64,000 bases of DNA from Candidatus Sumerlaeota bacterium (GTDB taxonomy: Bacteria > Sumerlaeota > Sumerlaeia > Sumerlaeales > Sumerlaeaceae), in contig JADFCV010000002.1 in assembly GCA_017161655.1 (NCBI GenBank), forward strand, positions 218,778 to 282,777, read 5' to 3'. The notes below the pieces were generated by a model that saw only the letters and a list, made by a program, of their open reading frames with translations, was not told the DNA's origin and did not search any database. A program made the translations under genes and the position numbers. How positions within the stretch are numbered: the stretch's first letter is position 1; every line of letters starts with the position of its first letter. Of this stretch, positions 54,734 through 64,000 are shown piece by piece.

Positions 54734-56920
54734 ATGACACCGCAGGCACTCTTCTACGTCGTAATGGCCATTTCGGTCCTGGGACTCGTTGTTTCGTTCA
54801 TTCTTGCCAAATGGGTACTCGCCCATGACACCGGCACTGATGCAATGCGCGTTATATCTGACGCCATCAAAGAAGGCGCAGAGGCGTTTTTGAAGCGCCA
54901 ATACAAGACCATCTTTGCTTTGTCCATCGTGCTCGCCGTCCTGCTTGCAGCCTTCTACTATCATGAGAAAGGCTCCGAGCTTGCAGTGCGGACACTCGTT
55001 TCCTTCCTCTTTGGCGCATTTTGTTCTGGTTTTGCCGGTTTTATCGGCATGTACATTTCGATTCGCTCGAACATCCGTACCGCGTCCGCAGCCACCAAGG
55101 ACCTCAACAGCGCCCTTCGGATTGCTTTGCGCGGTGGTGCCGTCTCCGGCATTATGGTGGTAGCGATGTCTCTTCTTGGTGTGGGGCTTCTCTTCTGGTT
55201 TTTTGACGGATTGAAGCATCCCGATACCGTCCCTCTCCAGATCGTGGGCTACGGTTTTGGAGCCTCCTTCGTGGCCCTTTTTGCTCAGCTTGGTGGTGGA
55301 ATCTATACCAAAGCCGCCGACGTCGGTGCTGACCTGGTCGGTAAAGTTGAGGCGGGCATCCCCGAAGATGATCCGCGAAATCCCGCCGTTATTGCAGACC
55401 TTGTTGGCGATAACGTGGGTGACTGTGCAGGCCGTGGCGCGGACCTCTTTGAATCTACCGCTGCGGAAAACATCGGCGCTATGATCCTCGGAATCGCCCT
55501 TTACAAGATCACTGGTGATCATGGGCCAGTCTTCGGTCTCGGCGCAATTATCTTTCCGTTGTTTGCGCGTGCGCTCGGACTGATCGCCTCCATCGTGGGT
55601 GTTTATTCCGTCAAGGTGAAGGGTAGCGAAGACGCTGGTTGGGAAGATCCGATGGCAGCTCTTAATCGCGGCTACCTTGTCACCACCATTCTGGCCATCA
55701 TCGGTTTCTACATTGCTGTCCATCTCCTCTTGAAAGGCGAAATTTTCTTCTTCCTCGCCGGCCTCGTTGGAATTCTTTGCTCCTATGCTTTTGTGTGGAT
55801 CACTCAGTACTACACTGAGTACCGCTACCGGCCGGTGCGCTGGATCGCAGACTCATGTCAGACCGGACCTGCAACAACGATCATCAGTGGTCTTTCCGTC
55901 GGCATGGAATGCACAGCTATTCCAGTTTTGGTGATTTCGGCCGCCCTCATGCTGACCTATAAATTTGGCCAGCTTGGGATGCTCTCCGTGCTTGGGGGCT
56001 GGGCCGGACTTGAAAAAGCCGGAATTTCGCCCACGGCAGCCGGTCTTTATGGCACCGCCATCGCAACGATGGGTATGCTCTCAACCGCCGCCTATATTCT
56101 GGCGATGGATACCTTTGGCCCCATCACAGACAACGCCGGTGGCATTGTTGAAATGAGTCAGCAGCCCGAAAGCATTCGTGAGAAAACAGACCGTCTGGAT
56201 GCCGTTGGTAACACGACCAAGGCACTCACAAAAGGTTACGCCGTGGGCTCCGCTGCTCTCGCGGCTTTCCTCCTTTTCCAGGCCTATATCGATGAGGTGA
56301 ACGAGTACCTGAAGCACGCTGGAAAAGCGATCATGACGACTGTTGACCTGGGCCATGTTCCGGTGTTTGTCGGCGGCATGATCGGGGCCATGCTTGTGTT
56401 CCTTTTCTCAGCTTTGGCCATCCGTGCGGTTGGGCGTGCCGCTCAGTCGGTGATCGTCGAAGTGCGTCGCCAGTTCCGGGAGAAACCTGGCATCATGAAA
56501 GGCACTGAGAAGCCAGACTATGCCACTTGTGTGGACATCGTGACAAAAGCGGCTCTGCGGCAGATGGTTTTCCCTGGCATCTTGCCAGTAGTGGTTCCAG
56601 CAGCGCTCGGTTTCGGTCTGAAGTTCTTCACGAAAGAAGGCGTGGCTCCCCAGGCTGTTGCTGCACTCCTCATGGTCGGAACCATTGGCGGCATTTTGAT
56701 GGCCCTCTTTATGAATAACGGTGGTGGAGCGTGGGACAACGCGAAGAAATACATCGAGACCGGCGCCTATGGCGGGAAGGGCAGCGATGCTCACAAAGCC
56801 GCAGTTGTTGGCGATACGGTCGGCGATCCCTTTAAGGATACCGCCGGGCCATCCCTCCACGTGCTTATCAAGCTTCTAAGCACCATCACCCTCGTGTTGG
56901 CTCCGCTCTTCATCCGCTAA
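54734..56920 (+). CDS. hppA: Membrane-bound proton/sodium-translocating pyrophosphatase (V-type H+-PPase)
   Basis: 728 aa, ~16 [95 protein letters not shown]. Confidence 0.9.
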   Translation: MTPQALFYVVMAISVLGLVVSFILAKWVLAHDTGTDAMRVISDAIKEGAEAFLKRQYKTIFALSIVLAVLLAAFYYHEKGSELAVRTLVSFLFGAFCSGFAGFIGMYISIRSNIRTASAATKDLNSALRIALRGGAVSGIMVVAMSLLGVGLLFWFFDGLKHPDTVPLQIVGYGFGASFVALFAQLGGGIYTKAADVGADLVGKVEAGIPEDDPRNPAVIADLVGDNVGDCAGRGADLFESTAAENIGAMILGIALYKITGDHGPVFGLGAIIFPLFARALGLIASIVGVYSVKVKGSEDAGWEDPMAALNRGYLVTTILAIIGFYIAVHLLLKGEIFFFLAGLVGILCSYAFVWITQYYTEYRYRPVRWIADSCQTGPATTIISGLSVGMECTAIPVLVISAALMLTYKFGQLGMLSVLGGWAGLEKAGISPTAAGLYGTAIATMGMLSTAAYILAMDTFGPITDNAGGIVEMSQQPESIREKTDRLDAVGNTTKALTKGYAVGSAALAAFLLFQAYIDEVNEYLKHAGKAIMTTVDLGHVPVFVGGMIGAMLVFLFSALAIRAVGRAAQSVIVEVRRQFREKPGIMKGTEKPDYATCVDIVTKAALRQMVFPGILPVVVPAALGFGLKFFTKEGVAPQAVAALLMVGTIGGILMALFMNNGGGAWDNAKKYIETGAYGGKGSDAHKAAVVGDTVGDPFKDTAGPSLHVLIKLLSTITLVLAPLFIR

Positions 56921-56945
56921 CCGAAGTCAGATGTTCATGGTGTTA

Positions 56946-56982
56946 GCCCGGCTTCAACCCTGTGTTGAAGCCGGGCATTTTC
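56946..56982 (+). terminator. Rho-independent terminator of hppA
   Basis: Perfect 13-bp stem GCCCGGCTTCAAC / GTTGAAGCCGGGC with a 5-nt loop, followed by ATTTTCG, 26 nt after the stop codon. Confidence 0.75.
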
Positions 56983-57154
56983 GTGAAGTGGGACATCTTT
57001 TCGCAGCTGGGTCAGATTCGAAAAATTGTGCTTTTTCGGGGAAACGGTCCCGATGTTCGGGTCTTGACCCTGTTAAAGTTGTCCCCGCTCCCTGTTAGGG
57101 AAAAGTCTTGGTAGTCAGCGAGTAGTCGAGTACCATCGAAGGAGGGACCTACTC

Positions 57155-58387
57155 TTGCGATTTGAGCCGTTCATTGCGCGGCGCTATCTTTTTAGCGGCC
57201 ATCACAAAGCACTTCTTTCAGCAATCACGCTAATCTCCATAGGCGGTGTCGCCGTGGGGGTTTTTGCGCTCATAGTTGTCATCGCCGTCATGGAAGGCTT
57301 TGATCGCAATTTGGTCGAAAAAATTATCGGCGCGTATGCTCACATCGAAATTGTGCGCGCAAGCACCGACTCCCCGCCCGTAGTGCCCGCGAAAATGCTA
57401 ACAACCATCGAAAAACTCCCGGGTGTTAAGGCGGTCGGCCCTGTTATTATGCGGCAGGCTCTCTTGCAAGTTATTCCCGGTGAAGGTGAAGAACCTCGCC
57501 AAACTGCCGTCTTCGTTCAAGGGGTGGACCTGGAACGCGAGCGCCACATTACGAAGCTCATGGATAAGGTCAGTGGCAAAGCGATGCCTGACCACGGAGA
57601 AATTGTGATCGGGAAAAAAGTCGCACAAAGACTTTATATTCCTCTCGGCACTCGCGTGACCGTTTTCTCGCCTGTCTTTGTACGCACACCAACTGGTGGG
57701 ACTGCCCTTGCTAGAAACGCTGTCGTGGCGGGGATTTTCGACTCCGGTTTTCCAGAAGCTGACGAGATGATCGCTTACACCGATCTCGAAACTGCCCGTG
57801 CACTCTTTATGGTACCAGAAGACGAAGTTGACGGCCTCCATCTCGTGGTGGACGATCCTCAAAAAGTTGATCAGGTGAAACGTCTCGTCCAGGAAGCTGT
57901 CGGCCCGGCCTACCTTGTCACGACGTGGCGAGAGCGCAACCCCGTCCTGTTCGATGCTCTGGTCTTGGAAAAATGGGCTATGTTCATCATCTTGCTGCTG
58001 ATCGTTCTCGTCGCCTCCTTCAACATTGTCGGAACTCTTATCATGGTCGTCATTGAGAAAACGCGCGAGATTGGCATTCTCAAATCCATGGGGGCGACAG
58101 AAGACGCCATCATGCGCATATTTGTCTTTCAGGGACTGTTCATCGGCGGGATCGGGACTCTACTGGGCGCGGTAGGCGGCCTTTCGACATGTTATCTTCT
58201 TCAAAATCACATTCGTATCGACATCCTATCTGAAGCCTATCTTTCTGACCGCATTCCCATCCTCATAAATACGCAGTGGAACATCCTCATCATCCTTTCC
58301 GCTCTGGCCATCTGCCTCATCACCTCACTTTATCCAGCGCGCCAGGCCGCAAAACTCGATCCCGTGGAGGCTCTCCGCTATGAGTGA
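57155..58387 (+). CDS. lolC: Lipoprotein-release ABC transporter permease (LolC/LolE, FtsX-like)
   Basis: MRFEPFIARRYLFSGHHKALLSAITLISIGGVAVGVFALIVVIAVMEGF, periplasmic domain, then 3 C-terminal TM. TTG start with GGAGGG 8 nt upstream. Confidence 0.75.
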   Translation: MRFEPFIARRYLFSGHHKALLSAITLISIGGVAVGVFALIVVIAVMEGFDRNLVEKIIGAYAHIEIVRASTDSPPVVPAKMLTTIEKLPGVKAVGPVIMRQALLQVIPGEGEEPRQTAVFVQGVDLERERHITKLMDKVSGKAMPDHGEIVIGKKVAQRLYIPLGTRVTVFSPVFVRTPTGGTALARNAVVAGIFDSGFPEADEMIAYTDLETARALFMVPEDEVDGLHLVVDDPQKVDQVKRLVQEAVGPAYLVTTWRERNPVLFDALVLEKWAMFIILLLIVLVASFNIVGTLIMVVIEKTREIGILKSMGATEDAIMRIFVFQGLFIGGIGTLLGAVGGLSTCYLLQNHIRIDILSEAYLSDRIPILINTQWNILIILSALAICLITSLYPARQAAKLDPVEALRYE

Positions 58388-59084
58388 ACCAGCAAGCTCG
58401 CGTGAACTTATCCTGAAGGCGGAAAATGTCGAGAAACATTATCGTGATGGTGAGCGCTTGCTGAAAGTTCTCCGTGGGGCTTCACTGGAAGTCTACGCAG
58501 GTGAGATTGTCTCCATTGTTGGGGCAAGTGGCTCAGGAAAAAGTACGCTTCTTCACTTACTAGGCGCTCTAGACCGCGCCACTTCTGGGACAATCCTTTT
58601 CCGAGGTCGTGACTATTCAACGATGTCAAACGCTGAGCTCGCGGCTCTGCGCAACCGCTCAATTGGTTTCATCTTCCAATTTCACCATCTTCTTTCGGAG
58701 TTCTCCGCTCGCGAGAATGTGATCATCCCTGGGCTGATCGCGGGACGGCCACAAGACGAACTCATCGCGCTTGCGGACCGACGGTTAGGCGAACTTGGCT
58801 TGTCCGACCGTTTGCATCATCGCCCGGCCAAATTGTCGGGAGGCGAACAACAGCGTGTGGCTCTGGCCCGCGCTCTCATCAATGATCCGGATCTTGTCCT
58901 GGCTGATGAGCCGACGGGAAATCTTGACGCGGAATCTGCAGCCACGGTCATCGATTTGCTGTGGAGCAACGTCCGAGATAATCATCGAGCTCTCGTCATT
59001 GTTACTCACGATCCCGAAATCGCACGCCGTGCCGACCGGTGTCTGCGGTTGCGTGATGGGCGACTTTTTCCCGAAACAGCATAG
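58380..59084 (+). CDS. lolD: Lipoprotein-release ABC transporter ATP-binding protein
   Basis: Walker [27 protein letters not shown], Walker [13 protein letters not shown]. Overlaps lolC by 8 nt. Confidence 0.8.
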   Translation: MSEPASSRELILKAENVEKHYRDGERLLKVLRGASLEVYAGEIVSIVGASGSGKSTLLHLLGALDRATSGTILFRGRDYSTMSNAELAALRNRSIGFIFQFHHLLSEFSARENVIIPGLIAGRPQDELIALADRRLGELGLSDRLHHRPAKLSGGEQQRVALARALINDPDLVLADEPTGNLDAESAATVIDLLWSNVRDNHRALVIVTHDPEIARRADRCLRLRDGRLFPETA

Positions 59085-59086
59085 CT

Positions 59087-59117
59087 CATGAATGCGTTCG
59101 CATGGCGCTTTTTATTT
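59087..59117 (+). terminator. Weak candidate terminator after lolD (short ATGCG/CGCAT-type hairpin plus CTTTTTATTT)
   Basis: The T-tract is clear and the stem is short. Confidence 0.25.
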
Positions 59118-59225
59118 AGAAGCCGGGTGCGCAAGCTAGGGTTCATTGTCTTAAAATCTGAGTGAAGATTGTGCGCTCTGCAATCCTACGCGAGGATTTC
59201 GTGACACGAAAACAGGACGAAAATC

Positions 59226-60872
59226 ATGGTTAGAAGAAATTTGCTCATTGCCCTTTTACTCATCCTCTCTCCAGCCATTTTTGCCGAAGAGTACGAAATT
59301 GTCATCGAGTCAGGAGCTGGGGGACAGAACAGAGAGTGGTTTGCTACTGTCGAAGGGAATTGGATGGAGAGTGCAAGTAAAAGTAAGGCGCCAGGACTCA
59401 CTGCGACCAAAGCTCTGTTCAAACAAGCGGGAACGCCTGGTGTTGCACGTTTTACGCCAGATATTCCCGTCGCCGGAGAGTATGAAGTTTTTGCCACTTA
59501 TCCAGATTCGGGCAATGCGGTCGGAGTCATCTACCATGTTCATTCAGCCAGTGGTGACGCCGATGTTGTCATAGACCAGCGGGGACGCGACGACCGCGCG
59601 AAGCCCCGTGCAAACACGTGGTTCTCGCTTGGAAAGTTCAAGTTCAACAAAGGAAAAGATGGTTACGTTGAGGTCCGTGACCCGCAAACCGGCAAAGCAG
59701 CAAACGAAAAAGAACCAAACGTTAGAATTTACGCTGACGCTGTCAAGTTCATCCCTCTAGGTTTTGCACTTCCGCCACAGTTTGCCGCAAAAAAGGCGAG
59801 CGGCAGTACCGCCGGTTCCTCCCTCGCCAATCTGCCGGCGACTCCCGCACCAAGTGCTGCGCCCCAATTGCCCTTGCCCCAGCCCACTGTTGCGTCGAGC
59901 GTGCCTCCCCTCGCGCAAGCTGCGGCGGCGTCTGGTCCGGCGAACTTACCCTCTCAAGCCTTACCGTCGCTAGGGCAGGCTTCCACCGCTCAGGCAGCCA
60001 CGCCCAGCTTACCCCAGCTTTCGAGCACTATGCCATCTCTTTCTTCTTTGCCCGCGGAGCAAACGCCTTCGCTGCCTGGCGTAAGCGGCTCTTCGACCCA
60101 AGTGGCCGGTCCTCCCTCTTTGCCTGCGCTTAGCAGCACGCCTGCTTCGCAGGCGGCATCGTCCGTAGCGCCAAGCCTTCCTGCTCTTGGATCTGCGGAA
60201 AATGTCCCGTCTGCTCCAGCGGCAATGCCCGCCCTACCGGCGGCAGGCAGTGGCCCCGCGAGTCAGCCGGGTGCCGTCGTCGCAGCGGGCCAGGCCCCTG
60301 CTTTGCCGGTTTTAGGAGCACCGCCGGCTCCGCCATCGTCCGAAGCCACTCCGACCCAGGCGGGTTCGGCTATTCCGGCGCTTCAGCCGCTTTCACCAAA
60401 CGCGCCGCCACCGCCGCAACTTCCCCCTGTGGGCGATATGCAGGCTGGACTGCCACCGGTGCCTCCGGCGCAGCTCACTCCCTCTTCGCCTGCACCTGGA
60501 TCAACAGGCGTGCAAGCACCGCCCTCTTCTGATGGACTCTCATGGATTTACGATGAGGGAACGGCTCACTCCGTGGCGCGGAGCCAGAATAAAAAAGTAC
60601 TCGTCTTCTTCGTGGCCGACGGCAATCGTGACGTCCAGAAATATGAATCCGAGTATTTTAAGCACCCTGCTGTGCGCGAGGTACTGACAAACTTTGTGCT
60701 CCACAAGGTCAATTTCCCATTGAACACCAAGGCAGCGTACAAAGTGAAAGTTTACGGAGCTGGAGCCATTGCCGTAACTGACGGGTATGGGGACCGAATC
60801 GGAGGCGTGCCGCACATTCCTCCAACCCCAGAGGACCTGGCAAAAGAGCTGCGGGAACTTGCGGCCAAGTAG
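59226..60872 (+). CDS. Secreted multi-domain protein: N-terminal beta-rich domain, ~270-aa Pro/Ala/Ser/Gln-rich linker, C-terminal thioredoxin-fold-like domain (no CxxC)
   Basis: Signal peptide MVRRNLLIALLLILSPAIFA. Linker rich in LPALSS / PAxP repeats. C-terminal KKVLVFFVADGNRDVQKYESEYFKHPAVREVL. Confidence 0.5.
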   Translation: MVRRNLLIALLLILSPAIFAEEYEIVIESGAGGQNREWFATVEGNWMESASKSKAPGLTATKALFKQAGTPGVARFTPDIPVAGEYEVFATYPDSGNAVGVIYHVHSASGDADVVIDQRGRDDRAKPRANTWFSLGKFKFNKGKDGYVEVRDPQTGKAANEKEPNVRIYADAVKFIPLGFALPPQFAAKKASGSTAGSSLANLPATPAPSAAPQLPLPQPTVASSVPPLAQAAAASGPANLPSQALPSLGQASTAQAATPSLPQLSSTMPSLSSLPAEQTPSLPGVSGSSTQVAGPPSLPALSSTPASQAASSVAPSLPALGSAENVPSAPAAMPALPAAGSGPASQPGAVVAAGQAPALPVLGAPPAPPSSEATPTQAGSAIPALQPLSPNAPPPPQLPPVGDMQAGLPPVPPAQLTPSSPAPGSTGVQAPPSSDGLSWIYDEGTAHSVARSQNKKVLVFFVADGNRDVQKYESEYFKHPAVREVLTNFVLHKVNFPLNTKAAYKVKVYGAGAIAVTDGYGDRIGGVPHIPPTPEDLAKELRELAAK

Positions 60873-61273
60873 GCCCACGAATCCGGCCATGTTCGGCGCT
60901 ACGGCGCAAAGCTTTCCTCCCAGCGAATCTGAGAATGGAAGAGAGGCGTGTTGGGCTCTTCCCCTCCCCAATGAAACGAGGCGAGTGCGAAATTTCGTGG
61001 CCACGAACACTAGGTCCCTGCTCTCCACGCCCGTCAAAGGGGCCAAACTCGCGGTCCGCGAACAAAGCCGGCCCCCTTCATTCTTTAAAGGGCAAAGTGC
61101 GGTTTCGTTGTTGGAAATCTCATCAACGCGGGGAATGCCGCCTCAACCATCCGAATGAACTGCGAGAACAGTCACTTGGCGAAGCTGTTTCCCCAATATC
61201 TGAGTAGACACTGCATCTCACGGACCTACTGCTCTACGGCCTAGAGCAAGGGATGTAACCCGGAAGTTGCTCT

Positions 61274-63307
61274 CTAAAGCTCAGCTGTAAGTTCACTCTG
61301 TGGGCCCATCACGATTCGGAATTTGATGGGCTTGTTTTCTGCTACCATAGCCCACATCATTGCCATCTGCTCAAGTTGGACGTCAGGTGGCACCCGTTCG
61401 CTTTTTCCCATGAGAATCTCTTGCACCTGGAGCTCATAAGCAACGCGTGCAATTGCGAACCAGCTATTATTGGATGGGATCACGAGCGGTTTCACCGCGA
61501 CACCATATTTTTCTGCCAGCTCAACGACTCTCGTGAACAAAAGCTCCTCATCTCGTGTGAACACGTGCTCAAAGCTCTGTTCGCCCTTCTCAACTTTGAC
61601 TGAGATCACGATGACTTCGGTGTCGCGCGCAACAGCTTCCTCCAGTGCGACTTTCAGGTGCTGCAAGTTGTTAGGATCCCTGGCTGGTACGAGCACTCGC
61701 GCTTTCCCCTCTTCGAGATCAATAATGTCTGCTGAGATCTCGCTTTTGCGCTCGAGTGCAAACTTTTCTTTGTGCTCGTGTTCAATTCCCGCTTTGCGCC
61801 GACGCCGTACCGTTAACCACTCGGAAAGGGTGAACAGCGCAAAGAAAGCAGTTGTGAACGACACTCCGGAAATCGTCGCGAGCTGTTTTGTAAGCAGGTT
61901 CGTAAAAGCCACGGCCACAAGCACCAGGGTCACAGCACCTAGTCCGAGAGGGATCTCTACGCCCCCAATTCTGGGGTTTAGTGGCACTCGCCATGTGCGC
62001 TCGCCTTTATACTTAAAGCGAAGAATCAGCATGGACACAGCCATGAATGTAAAGCTCCACACGACGCCGAACGCATAGGCTTCCCCCAAAAGAGTGACAT
62101 CACCACGGCTTGCAAGTATAACGGCGATTTGCAACGCTGTGATGAGATTTAAAATGCGATAAGTCGTTCCGTAGCGGCTATGTGGCTGCCTAAACCAGTC
62201 GTCGAGAATTCCGTCTTCAGCTACACGATTCAGTACACCATTGGACCCAATGAGCGAGGTGTTGACGGCTCCTGACAGAATCATTGCTCCTACGCCCACG
62301 ACAAAAGCTGTCATCAGCAGTTTCAAGGGAGTCGGTCCAGCTAGGTGCTTCACAAGCTCATTCAGTAAGTTGTCGCCAGCCGTCTTGCGAATCTCGTCAG
62401 GAACCAACATCACCGAGGCGAAAGAGGTGAAGCCAGTAAATGAGACGGAAAAGACAAAAATCACGATCGCAGCCCTGATCAAGTTCTTGTGCTTGGGCGC
62501 TTCAATTTCGCGGTAAACTTGGGCCAACGTCTCCTCCCCGCTCATTGCCAGCAAGCTGTGTCCAAAAGCCACCACGAACACAGCCAGCCCCATGGTTCGC
62601 ACCCACGGCACGTCTTTGAGCCATCCAAGCGCGTGGTCCTCAAGGACAGGTTTCAACGGTGGTAGTTGGACTGGCCGAAGCCACATGGTCACGAGCGACC
62701 ACAAAATGAGAATCGCGACCATGACTGCGGTCACGATCATGATTTTCAGCGCTTTGTCGCTGCTTTCCTCGATCCCCTTAATGTTGAGCCACCAGAAATA
62801 AAGAGTCACGGCGATGGCAAAGGCGCTTGCAAAAATATGCGGGGCTACCGAAACCGAAAATCCAAGCTGCTGCCCAGCAAACTCAATGAGCCCACGCAAA
62901 TAGTGGCCGGCAGAGACGGCGGAGATGGGACCTGTAAGCACAAAATCGAAAACTAGCGCCGACACTGCAACTTTCGCCATGAAATGGCCCATGGCTTCGC
63001 GGACAATACGATAAACCCCGCCTCGCACGAACATCGAGCAGCTCTCAACGTAAACGGCCCGCACACATGCCGAAAAGAGCATGACCATCAGAATAAACCA
63101 TGGGGCCGCCTTGCCTATCGCATGCTCGGCTATTCCGCCAATATAATACGCTGTGCTTGCTAGGTCGTTGAGAACAACTGCTGCAGCATGCCAGAAGGAA
63201 ATAAAGGTTAGCATCGCCGTGGTAAGAACCACCACGCGCGTGCCTTTTCCGGAGCCACCGGGCCTAACGTGAGGTCCCTCACCGTGCGATTTCGCGGTCT
63301 CTGTCAT
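61274..63307 (-). CDS. APC-superfamily amino-acid/polyamine permease fused to a C-terminal universal-stress-protein (UspA)-like domain
   Basis: 12 TM (AAVVLNDLASTAYYIGGIAEHAIG...). The C-terminal ~150 aa (ARVLVPARDPNNLQHLKVALEEAV...VIVISV...LVIPSNNSWFAIARVAYELQVQEILMG) resemble Usp. Confidence 0.65.
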   Translation of the reverse strand: MTETAKSHGEGPHVRPGGSGKGTRVVVLTTAMLTFISFWHAAAVVLNDLASTAYYIGGIAEHAIGKAAPWFILMVMLFSACVRAVYVESCSMFVRGGVYRIVREAMGHFMAKVAVSALVFDFVLTGPISAVSAGHYLRGLIEFAGQQLGFSVSVAPHIFASAFAIAVTLYFWWLNIKGIEESSDKALKIMIVTAVMVAILILWSLVTMWLRPVQLPPLKPVLEDHALGWLKDVPWVRTMGLAVFVVAFGHSLLAMSGEETLAQVYREIEAPKHKNLIRAAIVIFVFSVSFTGFTSFASVMLVPDEIRKTAGDNLLNELVKHLAGPTPLKLLMTAFVVGVGAMILSGAVNTSLIGSNGVLNRVAEDGILDDWFRQPHSRYGTTYRILNLITALQIAVILASRGDVTLLGEAYAFGVVWSFTFMAVSMLILRFKYKGERTWRVPLNPRIGGVEIPLGLGAVTLVLVAVAFTNLLTKQLATISGVSFTTAFFALFTLSEWLTVRRRRKAGIEHEHKEKFALERKSEISADIIDLEEGKARVLVPARDPNNLQHLKVALEEAVARDTEVIVISVKVEKGEQSFEHVFTRDEELLFTRVVELAEKYGVAVKPLVIPSNNSWFAIARVAYELQVQEILMGKSERVPPDVQLEQMAMMWAMVAENKPIKFRIVMGPQSELTAEL

Positions 63308-63735
63308 TGTTTACAAGCTCCTGATTCTCAATCCATGAACGGAATTCAGACGGGTGCGGCAACGCAAGGGCCGCGGGGGAGACAACATACGAGAGTTCCT
63401 GAGTTCGTAGGGGGGTATGAAGCTGGATAGACAGCGCGCTACCCCGGCGAGGTTCGCCACCGTCGTCACAAGAGTGAGGATCCATAGATTCGACTGTTGT
63501 CTTCTCCAAAGATTCTAATTCGCAAACCCTTAGGAGAAGCCATCACAAGCGCTTCTCGGTGCCTACGAGGTTAGCTGACGGGCTCGGCGAGAGAAGCCTT
63601 GCCTATGCGCGTTACTGCCACGCAATTCGCCCCACGTTCTGGGTCCCCCGTTCAGCTTCAAGCTGATTCGGCATTTTCCAGTCCCAAGTTACGCAAGAGC
63701 TCACTTCCCTATTCAGCTGCCGATCTTGCCCCGCA

Positions 63736-63993
63736 TCAAGATTCCAGATCTGCTGCGGTGTTTAGTTTGTCGGCAAGCACGGTGAGCACATTTTGCGACA
63801 CTTCGGCAAAGCCTCCATCAACCAGATACTCGTTTACGGAATCATCGGTCTCGTGAATAACCATTTTCCCTTTTCCGAGAGCCGCAACAAGAGGCGCGTG
63901 ATGAGCAAGGACTCCGAAATACCCTTCCGCACCCGGCAGCGTCACACTTAAGACATCACGATTGAGAACCTCTGCCTCCTGAGTGTACACCAC
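63736..63993 (-). CDS. atpC: F1 ATP synthase epsilon subunit
   Basis: 85 aa. LSVTLPGAEGYFGVLAHHAPLVAALGKGKMVIH...GGFAEVSQNVLTVLAD matches the epsilon beta-sandwich plus helix. atpD is presumably just beyond the window end. Confidence 0.8.
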   Translation of the reverse strand: MVYTQEAEVLNRDVLSVTLPGAEGYFGVLAHHAPLVAALGKGKMVIHETDDSVNEYLVDGGFAEVSQNVLTVLADKLNTAADLES

Positions 63994-64000
63994 AAGACGA

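Noticed and set aside
54467-55723. 418-aa ORF on the minus strand
   Set aside because: It lies entirely antisense to the hppA H+-pyrophosphatase gene. Its translation is low-complexity with no motifs, so it is a spurious ORF typical of GC-rich DNA.

Overview
This 64 kb window is gene-dense bacterial chromosome, roughly 55-60% GC. The six-frame ORF track reports start codons uniformly as M, and several of those ORFs begin with TTG when read from the DNA, so some stated start coordinates are approximate. I found no rRNA, CRISPR array, transposase, integrase or phage gene. There are two tRNAs: tRNA-Leu(UAG) on the minus strand after ftsA, and tRNA-Ser(UGA) on the plus strand after proC.

Housekeeping content, in order along the window:
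- a partial rho gene at the left edge (not in the ORF track), followed by coaE;
- two class-III aminotransferases, a SurA-like PPIase and an MsbA-like ABC exporter;
- ftsQ-ftsA with no ftsZ following ftsA in this window;
- a CPA2 cation/proton antiporter;
- a coaX-birA-atpG array with overlapping stop/start codons (an unusual position for atpG);
- ilvD, an AmiC-type amidase, an orphan OppD-like ABC ATPase, yggS and proC;
- a PpiD-like chaperone, an ECF-type sigma factor, TPR and secreted proteins;
- the H+-pyrophosphatase hppA with a clean intrinsic terminator, lolCE-lolD, an APC permease fused to a Usp domain, and atpC at the right edge.

Three regions look accessory or novel.
1. An exopolysaccharide/capsule-type locus at 13981-21712: heparinase II/III-like, DUF362-like, a CapK/PaaK-like adenylating enzyme, wecB and a GT4 glycosyltransferase.
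2. A single gene at 30341-31414 that fuses a YwlE-type low-molecular-weight phosphatase domain, with its nucleophile Cys replaced by Asp, to three AT-hooks and a histone-H1-like Lys/Ala tail.
3. The best candidate for an undescribed system: a roughly 13 kb co-directional array at 32189-45163, tightly packed and probably co-transcribed. It encodes, in order:
  - a hypothetical protein;
  - an ABC exporter carrying a STAS-like domain in its first extracytoplasmic loop;
  - a GT9 heptosyltransferase-like enzyme with an N-terminal Cys4 motif;
  - a polytopic GT-C-like membrane glycosyltransferase;
  - an EamA transporter;
  - a minimal GspE/ComGA-like ATPase;
  - two GspF/PilC-like platform proteins, one with a roughly 340-aa extra polytopic N-terminal domain;
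  - two to three prepilin-like proteins whose predicted leader-peptidase sites have Ala rather than Gly at position -1.

I read this array as a minimal pseudopilus/pilus machine genetically coupled to a glycosylation and export module. That reading is inference. All family assignments are from reading motifs by eye and need HMM or structure-based confirmation.
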